DNA of 64,000 nt from a virus. Each line of letters starts with the position of its first letter. The first letter of the stretch is position 1. Where the stretch lies: IMG/VR virus record IMGVR_UViG_3300034417_000033, positions 1 through 64,000 of that record; one strand, written 5' to 3'. Shown here piece by piece: positions 19,886-28,291 of this stretch. A program made the position numbers and the translations under genes. The notes beneath the pieces were generated by a model, which was given only the letters and a program-made list of their open reading frames with translations, was not told the origin of the DNA and ran no database searches.

Positions 19886-20233
19886 CTAGTCGTCTTTTAC
19901 CATTTTATAAATGAATTGGTACTGTTCCCACGCTTCTTTTAAAGCAGGGAAACGTTTATGTAGGTCGTCATGCTTTTCCCTGTTTTCTTTATCAGCTATA
20001 AACTCATCAGGAGCTGACAGGAACGGCGGCAACTCAAAAAACTTCGAGTCTCTGGTCGGATTAATAAAATCAATTTCTCGACTTACTATCTGTGTAGCTA
20101 GAATAAATGCGTTTGCGTATCCATGATTATAACTGTCGTAGTTCCAGTTGCCGTCAACACACTGGATGTCGCGCATGTTTTCTAATTTAGTATAAAGGTC
20201 TTTTAGTGTAGTAAGTCGAGTTTCATCTGTCAT
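19886..20233 (-). CDS. Hypothetical phage protein
   Basis: QC.DGNWNYD.Y.HG.AN motif plus C-terminal PALKEAWEQY. Confidence 0.7.
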   Translation of the reverse strand: MTDETRLTTLKDLYTKLENMRDIQCVDGNWNYDSYNHGYANAFILATQIVSREIDFINPTRDSKFFELPPFLSAPDEFIADKENREKHDDLHKRFPALKEAWEQYQFIYKMVKDD

Positions 20234-20420
20234 TTACTGCATCTTCCTGGCGTCTACGTTTCTTCAACTCTCGGTAAAGCTCATAGTAGTCGAATGTTGT
20301 AACTTTCTTGCCGAGGTGAATTGCCCGATACAGTTCTTTCACTGTAAGATCAGACACTTCCTTATCAGCAAACGGTCTCTGCCGTTTCGAATGAAATATG
20401 CCCTTTAGTTTGGAGAGCAT
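20223..20420 (-). CDS. Small hypothetical protein
   Basis: Start overlaps the clpS stop. Confidence 0.6.
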   Translation of the reverse strand: MLSKLKGIFHSKRQRPFADKEVSDLTVKELYRAIHLGKKVTTFDYYELYRELKKRRRQEDAVNDR

Positions 20421-20722
20421 TACGCCTCCTCAAAAGTTGCCAGAAGTGGGTACCCGTTTGCAGCAGCAAGGTTTACTGTTTCGATAGCTTTTTGTTCTGC
20501 CAGTTCTTTGGAGTATATGCCAGCAATACCGCGCCCTTGATTGTGGATCATAATAGTAACTACTTCCGCTTCTGCTGAAGTTTTGTGGAAAATGTTTTCT
20601 AGAACATAAATCACAAAATCAAAAGTGGTCTTGTCGTCATTGTGGAGAAGAACTTTGTATTTCTTCGGAAGTTCGATTTTAGATTCTGTGTCAGTTTTGT
20701 CAGCAATAGCAGTGTTAGTCAT
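20420..20722 (-). CDS. clpS: ClpS N-end-rule adaptor
   Basis: PKKYKVLLHNDDKTTFDFV..VL...F..., IH..G.GIAG.Y..E.AE.K, GYPL. Confidence 0.93.
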   Translation of the reverse strand: MTNTAIADKTDTESKIELPKKYKVLLHNDDKTTFDFVIYVLENIFHKTSAEAEVVTIMIHNQGRGIAGIYSKELAEQKAIETVNLAAANGYPLLATFEEA

Positions 20723-20750
20723 AGTCAGGCTCTTAGTTGATAGTGCTTGC

Positions 20751-20779
20751 ATAGTACATGAGTTTTTGTAGCGTGTCAA
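20751..20779 (-). promoter_or_regulatory. Sigma70-type promoter for clpS
   Basis: TTGACA-17bp-TACTAT. Confidence 0.8.
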
Positions 20780-20780
20780 C

Positions 20781-21032
20781 TTAAATACCATACTTTAATT
20801 TCATGATTAGTTTCTGTTTTTCATTAATGGAAAATCCTTCCCACCATTCTTTTTCTGTACATCTCATCCAAAGGTGCTGGCGCCTCTGTTTTTTCTTTCT
20901 TTTGTGGCCCAAATCTATAGAATAGTTAACTTCATCCTTGTAACTCCATGGTATGGGCACTTTTTCTTCCCTTAGGAGTTTCCCACATTTATCAAACGTG
21001 TATTCCGTACCGCAGGTTTTAGTTGCTTTCAT
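20781..21032 (-). CDS. Small protein ending KLIMKLKYGI
   Basis: Likely start MKATK, overlapping the upstream TAA. Confidence 0.6.
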   Translation of the reverse strand: MKATKTCGTEYTFDKCGKLLREEKVPIPWSYKDEVNYSIDLGHKRKKKQRRQHLWMRCTEKEWWEGFSINEKQKLIMKLKYGI

Positions 21033-21265
21033 TATATCCCAAACTTCATCTTCATAAAAAATATATCTTCTTTCTTCATGTTGGTTAATGCCCAAAATAT
21101 ATTAGCGTCATATAGACACTCTATTGTGGCTAACACAATTATATACAGTGGCTGACCTGCCGTGGGAATATATTGGGACCGTATTCTCCCCTCGTATTCT
21201 ACTACGCCGTTGATATCAAATGCAATCTCTTTATTTGGATATAAAATTACTTTATACAATGCCAT
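21032..21265 (-). CDS. Small protein ending DIFFMKMKFGI
   Basis: ORF with SD AAGGA. Confidence 0.6.
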   Translation of the reverse strand: MALYKVILYPNKEIAFDINGVVEYEGRIRSQYIPTAGQPLYIIVLATIECLYDANIFWALTNMKKEDIFFMKMKFGI

Positions 21266-21272
21266 CCTTTGG

Positions 21273-21881
21273 TTACTTAGTTCGTTCCTTGATCTTCTCC
21301 ATTAATTTACGTGCATATTCGTCGTTAGAATTTTTTGCTACATCTTTTTCTAGGTATTTTAGCAAATTTACTGACACTCGGTGCTTCTTACCGGATGATA
21401 AAAACTGTGTTGCAATATCCTTTGGTGAACTTTTAAGATCAACACAATCCATATTTTCTAAGAAGATACACTTGCGTCTTTTACCTTCTATTTGTGTTAT
21501 TGCTCTACCTAAACAGTCAAGATGGGAGTCTATTGTCCTGCTATTCAAATTTCTTCGATACGTAGTCGGAAGTCTTTCTACAAACTCCTTAATAACACAT
21601 CGAGACTGTCTGACCATATACCATTCTCGGACAATTACATACACAACCATAACAACAGCACAATACAAAAGTGTGTATATTCCGAATGAAAGCCAAGCAG
21701 CATAAGCAGTTGGGCTGTGAGCATCGCCGGAAAGTGCCACAGCTAACAACAGCGCCGGGAAATTAAAATATAACACTGTTGCTGAGTGTTTGACGAACGG
21801 TACTAGCCATAATATTGCTAGGATGGCGTTTGCTATTAAAAATGATGTTAGAAAAGTATTGCGTCTATGTATTGATCTCAT
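21273..21881 (-). CDS. Membrane protein (about 3 TM) fused to a soluble C-terminal domain
   Basis: Hydrophobic residues ~10-85 followed by a charged domain. Confidence 0.65.
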   Translation of the reverse strand: MRSIHRRNTFLTSFLIANAILAILWLVPFVKHSATVLYFNFPALLLAVALSGDAHSPTAYAAWLSFGIYTLLYCAVVMVVYVIVREWYMVRQSRCVIKEFVERLPTTYRRNLNSRTIDSHLDCLGRAITQIEGKRRKCIFLENMDCVDLKSSPKDIATQFLSSGKKHRVSVNLLKYLEKDVAKNSNDEYARKLMEKIKERTK

Positions 21882-22540
21882 TTCACTGCCTCCATGTATT
21901 CAGAAGGCAACAGTATCATTCCAGATTTAGCGTCAAAGAATTCTGATGGCATACTGGTTTTTCCAATAAAAATGTCGTAAGCCCAGAGTGTAGCACCTTC
22001 TAATTTTTTCCTTTGTAATTCCCGTGTTGAGCCACCGTCGTCTGGATATGTGGCCTCCTTCAAAACATGTTGAGTCTTACTTATTAAACTCTCGTCATCG
22101 TGCCAGGGTTGAAATCCTTGATGCGCTGGGGAAGTAGAATCTTGCAAGGTGTGTATAGCTTTACCTAGCTGTTCCATTGATTCTGGAATGTTGCCTTGCT
22201 GTCTGAAATGCTTGGCTTCAGTTAACTTACTAATGACAAATGCGTTCGACCTTACAACAAACACTGGTTTCCGATCATCATACTTTTCTCCTGGTGCCAA
22301 ACCAGTCATAGCATGTTCCTGGGAGTATTTAATGCCCTTATCTTGGTCTACTACAAGTTGCTGTTCTTGAAGAATATCAATAAACTGTGCATCTACCATT
22401 CCACTTAGAACTTTCTCCACAGCCATTTGGTGCACAGCTTCGAATATCGGGATGTCGCCACGACTTGACCATGCAAAACTATAATTTGGAAAAATACTAA
22501 GTGCTAACGTCCCTGTTAGTACAAATATCCCTATTTTCAT
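21878..22540 (-). CDS. Secreted zinc-dependent phospholipase C / P1-nuclease-like protein
   Basis: Signal peptide ending SFA|W (Trp1), H..., EHAM, LGKAIHTLQDSTSPAH. Confidence 0.65.
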   Translation of the reverse strand: MKIGIFVLTGTLALSIFPNYSFAWSSRGDIPIFEAVHQMAVEKVLSGMVDAQFIDILQEQQLVVDQDKGIKYSQEHAMTGLAPGEKYDDRKPVFVVRSNAFVISKLTEAKHFRQQGNIPESMEQLGKAIHTLQDSTSPAHQGFQPWHDDESLISKTQHVLKEATYPDDGGSTRELQRKKLEGATLWAYDIFIGKTSMPSEFFDAKSGMILLPSEYMEAVK

Positions 22541-22572
22541 TTTTACTCCTGGCTTAAATTCCTTTTAAGCAT

Positions 22573-22824
22573 TTAATTTCGTGTTCTATATTTCTCCAGT
22601 TGTTTGTCATCAACAATGTACATCTGACCATTTCGCATAACAGTTGCGTATTTCTTTCCGTTTACATCAGTGTGCCAAGTTAACTCTTCTGGCGATACTT
22701 TCTCGCCATCTTTTAAAACTGGATACTGATAATCTATTGCGGCCATAGTATAATCATATAAATCTGAATCAGACTCACATGCTGTAAAAGCAAGCATTAC
22801 TAACAGTTGAAGAAATTTCTTCAT
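22573..22824 (-). CDS. Lipoprotein
   Basis: Lipobox FTAC; paralogue of the next ORF. Confidence 0.7.
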   Translation of the reverse strand: MKKFLQLLVMLAFTACESDSDLYDYTMAAIDYQYPVLKDGEKVSPEELTWHTDVNGKKYATVMRNGQMYIVDDKQLEKYRTRN

Positions 22825-23129
22825 TTACTCCTTTGTTTCTTCTCCCGCTCCTTCAAACACGTGAAGTTATTTTGTTGCAACGGCCCGGCCAAGTAGTAAT
22901 TGTCCGATTTGTCTCGAGTAACAATAAATACTTGCCCTGCAATCACAGTGGTTGCATACAGCATACCATCCGTGTTTGTTTCCCATTCCAGATCATTAGG
23001 ATGCTCTGGTTTGGACGATGTGACATACTTGTCTTCCCACAATATTGTTCGTGGGTATCCCTTATTGTCAACTGTCTGGCGGCAACTGGCCAAGACAAGT
23101 AACATCGACAGTAAGATAAACCTTTTCAT
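22821..23129 (-). CDS. Lipoprotein
   Basis: Lipobox LASC; P.DLEW.T...G..YAT....GQ..IV shared with the neighbour. Confidence 0.7.
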   Translation of the reverse strand: MKRFILLSMLLVLASCRQTVDNKGYPRTILWEDKYVTSSKPEHPNDLEWETNTDGMLYATTVIAGQVFIVTRDKSDNYYLAGPLQQNNFTCLKEREKKQRSK

Positions 23130-23159
23130 TACAGAAATGCTCCAGAATATATTGCGCTG

Positions 23160-23405
23160 TTATTTTTCCAGTAATTGCTTTACACGCGAGTCCTGAATGT
23201 AACACTCAGCAACCATATGCAGCATTTGTGTGCGGAGGTTTTGAAAGGGTGGGTTGAGATAAAAGCGTAAAGTTGGGTGCATTTGCAACTTCCCTTTAAT
23301 ACCAAGGCAAAGCATTTCAAATGCTTCAAGATGTTCTGGATTGCGTGGATCAAAATCCACTGCTCGGTTAGCATGACGATCGAAATTGTGAACTTCATTC
23401 AACAT
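23160..23405 (-). CDS. Small conserved phage protein
   Basis: FDPRNPEH...RF.L..PF.N motif; own promoter. Confidence 0.65.
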   Translation of the reverse strand: MLNEVHNFDRHANRAVDFDPRNPEHLEAFEMLCLGIKGKLQMHPTLRFYLNPPFQNLRTQMLHMVAECYIQDSRVKQLLEK

Positions 23406-23440
23406 TTCATTACCCTCAGTAGTGTCTACAATGTTTATAT

Positions 23441-23469
23441 AGTATAGCAAACACCTATATTAAAGTCAA
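23441..23469 (-). promoter_or_regulatory. Sigma70-type promoter
   Basis: TTGACT-17bp-TATACT. Confidence 0.8.
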
Positions 23470-23478
23470 CCACTTACT

Positions 23479-23808
23479 TCAGATATTTACCTGATACGTT
23501 AGTTTTAGGATCAAGATATCCTCGTTTGATTGCATCGATAGTATGCACCATAACTCGAAAGTGTGTTCTATTCCTTCCCAGTACCAGTCGTATTTAACTG
23601 TGCCATCTGACATCACATGCTTATCCGAAGGGCCATCTGCTCTGTGGCGGAGGCCTTGCTTATACCAGTACTCTGATCCACATTGCATAATTCTAGCAGG
23701 GCCATCAGATCGGTGCACCTTTCCAGTCATGGAATCACGATAGGTGGTATTGCCGGTTTCAAGATCAACATGAATCCGCATGCAGTTGTTAACGTCTACA
23801 TATTCCAT
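23479..23808 (-). CDS. H(R/N)xDGPA beta-hairpin (MORN-variant-like) repeat protein
   Basis: HRSDGPA, HRADGPS; C-terminal F..WC....EDILILKLTY. Confidence 0.75.
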   Translation of the reverse strand: MEYVDVNNCMRIHVDLETGNTTYRDSMTGKVHRSDGPARIMQCGSEYWYKQGLRHRADGPSDKHVMSDGTVKYDWYWEGIEHTFELWCILSMQSNEDILILKLTYQVNI

Positions 23809-24044
23809 TTAGTGTTGTACTTCAGTTTAAGAAAGATTATTTCTTCATCAGTTTTGCCGGTTCTTTCACACCATTCCTCAAAAGTGACACGGACATTATC
23901 TAAATACCATATTGCCCAACCATCTAGAACGAAGGCAGGGCCTGACTCATCATGGAATTCAGCAATTCCATCCTTGTCAACCTTTATCTTGTCGTCCTTC
24001 ATCACATGGTTTAATATCTGTTCTACTAGCGTTGGCGTTTTCAT
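23796..24044 (-). CDS. HxxxGPA repeat protein
   Basis: HDESGPA; FEEWC....EEIIFLKLKY. Confidence 0.7.
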   Translation of the reverse strand: MKTPTLVEQILNHVMKDDKIKVDKDGIAEFHDESGPAFVLDGWAIWYLDNVRVTFEEWCERTGKTDEEIIFLKLKYNTKWNM

Positions 24045-24180
24045 TTTCCATCCTAAATATTTCACGAAGTGCTCTATTAAGACTTTCTTTCTCTTCTTCA
24101 GTCCACGGAGTCATCGGGTATCCTGGGCAAGCGTGGAGGCCTGACAGCCCGCAAGTTGGGCAACTCATTGCATACACCAA
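23977..24180 (-). CDS. Small Cys/His (zinc-ribbon-like) protein
   Basis: CPTCG..G.HACPG; PWTEEE. Confidence 0.55.
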   Translation of the reverse strand: MVYAMSCPTCGLSGLHACPGYPMTPWTEEEKESLNRALREIFRMENENANASRTDIKPCDEGRQDKG

Positions 24181-24232
24181 TAAATTGCTGCAACTAATAC
24201 AACAACAGCAAACAATTGAAACGTTCTGTATC

Positions 24233-24478
24233 TCACTTTATATCCTTATCTATGCCTCGCATAGAATCTAGTATTTTTGCCATGTAGTCACGCATCCGAG
24301 ACCAGTGTTCTCTCTGATACTCCTCTTGTGTCCACCCACCCTTCTCTAGAAGAAAGTTTTCCATCTCTGGGTCATCAGATTCAATATCATTCCAGATTCG
24401 TTTCTGCCCTGACATGATTCGGTCCATATCTTCATATGGTATTTTTCTTAACTTTCGAAAAAAATCATCTTCACTCAT
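24233..24478 (-). CDS. GWT..E paralogue family, copy 1
   Basis: MSEDDFFRKLRKIPYE...EKGGWTQEEY. Confidence 0.75.
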   Translation of the reverse strand: MSEDDFFRKLRKIPYEDMDRIMSGQKRIWNDIESDDPEMENFLLEKGGWTQEEYQREHWSRMRDYMAKILDSMRGIDKDIK

Positions 24479-24689
24479 ATTGATCTCTGAGCATCTGCTT
24501 GGCCATTTTCTTCACTTGTGCTTCTTGCATTTTGTGAAAAGCCTCTTCATATTCCGAAAAAGTCCAACCGTGTTCTTTCAGGGTAGCGCCGAGATCGTCA
24601 AACTCGGCGGCCCAGTATGCGTTATGGACAGTCTCGAACGTGGACTGTCGCAAACGTGTCACGAATTTGTCTTTCTCTTCTTCACTCAT
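24471..24689 (-). CDS. GWT..E paralogue family, copy 2
   Basis: MSEEEKDKFVTRLRQSTFE...EHGWTFSEY. Confidence 0.75.
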   Translation of the reverse strand: MSEEEKDKFVTRLRQSTFETVHNAYWAAEFDDLGATLKEHGWTFSEYEEAFHKMQEAQVKKMAKQMLRDQYE

Positions 24690-24871
24690 CCCAAATTCAC
24701 CACTATACTAAAACGTCGCTTGGATTCCTCACGAAATTCATCCATTGTCCAGCCAGCTTCGGATAATATTATGGAATAGTTTGGCCTCTCATAGATGTTT
24801 TCGTTGATGCGGGCATACAGTTCCTCGTACGGAATCCTAACCAACCGTCGAACAACATCGTCTTCACTCAT
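24686..24871 (-). CDS. GWT..E paralogue family, copy 3
   Basis: MSEDDVVRRLVRIPYEE...EAGWTMDEF. Confidence 0.75.
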   Translation of the reverse strand: MSEDDVVRRLVRIPYEELYARINENIYERPNYSIILSEAGWTMDEFREESKRRFSIVVNLG

Positions 24872-25670
24872 GTCCTAATTCTAATACCAGACATTTACAT
24901 GCGCCGCCACTTTTTAGGAACTCACTCATGTTCAACTGTACAACATTGTGTCCAGTTACAGCTAACCGCTCAACCAAATAGTCGGAGCACTTTGGCATAA
25001 TTACTGTGTGCCCAATAGAAACTGCATTACATGCAAATTTCATTGCATCTTCATCGTCAACAACAATTAGTTTGCTGCCGATCGTCTGAACAATGTATTC
25101 CCATGACTTTTTCGTGAATGCGGACTGTGCTGCTAAGTAATACCCTGTATCTAAAGGACAGAAACATGTGTCCAAATGATACCAACGCGGATCAACTAGT
25201 CGAACTGTGTGAAGGTAATCCTCTAGGACTCTCCCTTCGATCTCAAAGATTGCTTCTTTGGCCGAACGTTGCCCATAACCAAGCCAGTATTCGCCATAAC
25301 GATCAACTAAACAGTCACCAGCACCTTCAAACGGAACTTCTGACACGTATGTTTCCCAATCGTTCTCGTCAAAGAACTTTGCATACACTTCAGTTTCGCC
25401 CTGTCGCTCTTTATGCTTGAACGAACTAATCAAAGCCACACCTGTTTCTGGATTAACAACAGCAGCGTTGGCAACAAACACCATATCTGGCAATCCTTCA
25501 ATTGGATCTAGGATTACCACAGTTGCGTGTTCTGCTACTGCATCGTACAAGTTTTCCCATTGTTCCTTGGCTTCTACAACATCAACATAGTTTATGTTTC
25601 CAACCATATGCGGGTTGATCTCATAAGCTACGTTAAAAAAATCAGGCGGACACATCAGGAAAGTCTTCAT
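24864..25670 (-). CDS. Amidinotransferase / DDAH-arginine deiminase superfamily enzyme
   Basis: LMCPP..F.V.YEINP.M, LPDMVF.ANA, FEGAGD, YHLDTCF, EFLKSGGACKC. Confidence 0.9.
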   Translation of the reverse strand: MKTFLMCPPDFFNVAYEINPHMVGNINYVDVVEAKEQWENLYDAVAEHATVVILDPIEGLPDMVFVANAAVVNPETGVALISSFKHKERQGETEVYAKFFDENDWETYVSEVPFEGAGDCLVDRYGEYWLGYGQRSAKEAIFEIEGRVLEDYLHTVRLVDPRWYHLDTCFCPLDTGYYLAAQSAFTKKSWEYIVQTIGSKLIVVDDEDAMKFACNAVSIGHTVIMPKCSDYLVERLAVTGHNVVQLNMSEFLKSGGACKCLVLELGHE

Positions 25671-26084
25671 CTACGCTTTTTCTCCAGTCTTAAGGTTATA
25701 TTTTAGTTTTAAAAAGATTCTGTCTTCGTTAGATTTCTCAGTTATATCACACCAAACTTTAAATGTGTACTCAGTGCCATGTATATAAAATTCATACTCC
25801 GTGTCGAGGCCAGGAATGTGTGTGACGCAGGCTGGACCTTCAGTGTTGTGATGCAGTCCGTATAAATACCACCATTCATCGCCATCGGCAAACACGACGG
25901 CTGGGCCGGTGTCGTTATGCATCTTGCCGCCGGCGACTGCTAAGTAGTTAATATCAATTATACACGATCCTACATTAATAGCAAACTCATTAATGTATTC
26001 GCCATCAGGAACTAGGGAATCACCACGTTCATCGTCATAGTATGCTTCTCCGTGTGATGATGGGAATATTAAGTGTGGCTTCAT
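25671..26084 (-). CDS. HNxxGPA repeat protein
   Basis: HNDTGPA, HNTEGPA; FKVWC...EDRIFLKLKY. Confidence 0.75.
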   Translation of the reverse strand: MKPHLIFPSSHGEAYYDDERGDSLVPDGEYINEFAINVGSCIIDINYLAVAGGKMHNDTGPAVVFADGDEWWYLYGLHHNTEGPACVTHIPGLDTEYEFYIHGTEYTFKVWCDITEKSNEDRIFLKLKYNLKTGEKA

Positions 26085-26485
26085 GTTCGATCTCTAGAAT
26101 CAGGGTGGTATTTTAGCTTTAAAAACAGTATTTCCTGTGGATCTTTTTTTAATTCTCTGCACCATGCATCAAACGTGAAATTCACACCATCAATACACCA
26201 CTCTTTGTATGGTATATCAGAAGGGAACTCTGGCCACCACACTGCGGGCCCATCTGTTCGATGCTTTTTCCCTTTTCGAAACCATGTTTGCCGACCGTTT
26301 GTCTCTACTGTAGCTGGAAGGCCGTCATCTCTGTGCATGAAGGTGTCATCAATTGTCATTTCAGTAAACATGCAGCCTAAAGCTGAAATGTTTTTGTATG
26401 TGCCGTAACGGAGATCCGGCGTGAAGATGCGTTTCTCCTCGTCGTGTCTAATTCTAATAGCATACACTCGTTCACGTTCAGTCAT
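26081..26485 (-). CDS. HRxDGPA repeat protein
   Basis: HRDDGLPA, HRTDGPA; FDAWC...QEILFLKLKY; start MTERER. Confidence 0.75.
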   Translation of the reverse strand: MTERERVYAIRIRHDEEKRIFTPDLRYGTYKNISALGCMFTEMTIDDTFMHRDDGLPATVETNGRQTWFRKGKKHRTDGPAVWWPEFPSDIPYKEWCIDGVNFTFDAWCRELKKDPQEILFLKLKYHPDSRDRT

Positions 26486-26627
26486 CTGTCTTTCCAGGAA
26501 ATGTGCCAAGGAATCGTCGCATTGTTTCTTCAAGTTCAGCAATTTCTTCCACTGTCCATTCCTCGATGGGAGTTGATAGTGGTGTCGGTTGCTGTTTCTT
26601 GAGCTTTGCTACTACTGCACTTAACAT
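26478..26627 (-). CDS. 49-aa protein not in the ORF track (MLSAVVAKLKKQQPTPLSTPIEEWTVEEIAELEETMRRFLGTFPGKTDD)
   Basis: Translated by hand; fills the gap; P..EWT.EE resembles 23977..24180. Confidence 0.6.
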   Translation of the reverse strand: MLSAVVAKLKKQQPTPLSTPIEEWTVEEIAELEETMRRFLGTFPGKTDD

Positions 26628-26632
26628 GCTCA

Positions 26633-26959
26633 CTATTTTTGATTGTCGTGTACTAAGAGCTGATTGAACGTTTCAATTCCTACTTCATTACACTCAGTTA
26701 AATAGATTCCGTACACGCTATCTGGAGAAAGTTCATTTTTGTAGACATCTTTTTTTACGTGTTTTATGGAAAACGGTGGGTGCTTTACAGTGATAAACTT
26801 ATCTAGGCCAGCCGGTGGAATACCTTGATCCCTAGCTTTAGCTGCACCTTTTGCAAATGCTGCGACCTTGCCGCAATCAGTGCTTGGGGTTGATGTACAC
26901 CCGCTAAGTAGGACAAATGCAGCAATTAATAAAAGGACTGTAGTGATACGCTGTGTCAT
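26633..26959 (-). CDS. Lipoprotein
   Basis: Lipobox LSGC; C...A......ARDQG.P motif. Confidence 0.7.
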   Translation of the reverse strand: MTQRITTVLLLIAAFVLLSGCTSTPSTDCGKVAAFAKGAAKARDQGIPPAGLDKFITVKHPPFSIKHVKKDVYKNELSPDSVYGIYLTECNEVGIETFNQLLVHDNQK

Positions 26960-26966
26960 ATAGCAC

Positions 26967-27314
26967 CTAATCAGTAGTAATGGTTAGCTTTTCGTTAATA
27001 CAACATGTTTTCAACTGTTCGAACACTTCAGGCTGGACATTTACGCAACCCTTAGTGATAAATCTGTCCTTTACGTTCTTGCTCTGTATTCTTAAATCCC
27101 TATGTTGCTCTGGATTCAACAACCAAGTTCTGTGTATAGCGTATATTATAGTGTCTGTCTCGTGAAATTGCAAGACATTTCCACCATATCCGTATTTTTC
27201 TGTTAGTCTTTCCACAACATCGAACTCTCCAACCGGAGTGCTGTGCCCGACTAAAGCAGGATAGCATTGCATGGCAAAGCAGATTGTGGCAGTTTTTAGG
27301 CTTATTATTATCAT
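26967..27314 (-). CDS. L,D-transpeptidase (YkuD-like) catalytic domain protein
   Basis: PALVG..TP.G.F, YAIHR.W, ITKGCVNV (His...Cys catalytic pattern). Confidence 0.75.
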   Translation of the reverse strand: MIIISLKTATICFAMQCYPALVGHSTPVGEFDVVERLTEKYGYGGNVLQFHETDTIIYAIHRTWLLNPEQHRDLRIQSKNVKDRFITKGCVNVQPEVFEQLKTCCINEKLTITTD

Positions 27315-27318
27315 CGTT

Positions 27319-27340
27319 AAAAAGCCCCTTGCGGGGCTTC
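27319..27340 (-). terminator. Intrinsic terminator closing the 29128-27359 operon
   Basis: AAGCCCC-GCAA-GGGGCTT plus T-run. Confidence 0.85.
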
Positions 27341-27358
27341 CTTTTTACTTACTTAGTG

Positions 27359-27730
27359 TTACTCGCCGATTGGCTTCTTTTGAACTTCAATGTAAACAGG
27401 CTTCGGAGCCTTGTGCATAACTGGTTGGAAATACAAGTATTCCCCACGTCCCATTTTCGGACTCCAGTTGTACCCTTCACATTTGATGTTGCTTGCATCA
27501 ATCTCTACACAATCAACTTGGACAACTCTTGGCCAAATTGTTGCTGCTGTTGGGAAACCAACCATGTATTGTGGCACATGGTAAGCTTCTTCATCACCGA
27601 AAACATTTAATGCTGCGTCTGTGGTTGTTCCCAAAAACACATTTTCGTTTGATGTACCAGCAAAAGTTTTTGATGCCACAAGCAATCCTAGAGCTATAAC
27701 AATTGCTACTACAAATTTAATGCGTGGCAT
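27359..27730 (-). CDS. Secreted protein, unknown family
   Basis: Signal peptide; YHVPQYMVGFPTAATIWPRVV..C...CEGYNW.P.MGRGEYL. Confidence 0.8.
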   Translation of the reverse strand: MPRIKFVVAIVIALGLLVASKTFAGTSNENVFLGTTTDAALNVFGDEEAYHVPQYMVGFPTAATIWPRVVQVDCVEIDASNIKCEGYNWSPKMGRGEYLYFQPVMHKAPKPVYIEVQKKPIGE

Positions 27731-27745
27731 AATGTATACCTCCTA

Positions 27746-28228
27746 TTACTTGCGTTTGTGGGATGCGCGCTGCTCTGCAAAGTCCGGACATTTAACACCT
27801 GATACTTCCATTGCGTCACGGTTGTCGTCATCCATACACATACGAGCTACAGCCGCTGCACGAAGACCCATGTTCCACATTTCACGCGAGTTTTTCAACA
27901 TTACGCAATTGCTATCAGTCCAGGTTGTGCCTGCGCTGATTGAAATGCCATATGTTGATACGCCTGCAGAGCTGGAGCCCATACAAGTGTCGTTACTAGT
28001 GATCAGTTGTGGTCCAATTGCAGTGTTGGGTGCTGCACGTGGATTGTCAACTTCAGTGTTTGAAACAGGCGCATAATTCAAGTTGCCCATTGCGTTGCCA
28101 CTTACGGCAGCTCCAGCTTCAGACTGTGTGCCAACGTTTGTTTCTACGTTAGCATTTGCCTTTGCAACTTCTGCAAACGAGTGCGTTGCAAGCATGGTAG
28201 CGAATACAGCAAAAATTACCTTCTTCAT
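27746..28228 (-). CDS. Secreted protein with DTCMGS...GTTW.D..C four-Cys domain
   Basis: Signal peptide MKKVIF...SFA; low-complexity N-terminus; paralogue of 30842..31555. Confidence 0.8.
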   Translation of the reverse strand: MKKVIFAVFATMLATHSFAEVAKANANVETNVGTQSEAGAAVSGNAMGNLNYAPVSNTEVDNPRAAPNTAIGPQLITSNDTCMGSSSAGVSTYGISISAGTTWTDSNCVMLKNSREMWNMGLRAAAVARMCMDDDNRDAMEVSGVKCPDFAEQRASHKRK

Positions 28229-28254
28229 AATATTCTCCAAAAAGTTTAGTGGGT

Positions 28255-28280
28255 TGAGTGACATCGCAAGATGTCACTCA
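28255..28280. promoter_or_regulatory. Perfect 11-bp intercistronic hairpin
   Basis: TGAGTGACATC-GCAA-GATGTCACTCA with no T-tail. Confidence 0.7.
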
Positions 28281-28291
28281 CTCGGGCTGTA

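Noticed and set aside
23479-26485. Diversity-generating retroelement behind the paralogue arrays
   Set aside because: No reverse transcriptase and no near-identical TR/VR nucleotide repeat pair; the paralogues are similar only at the protein level.
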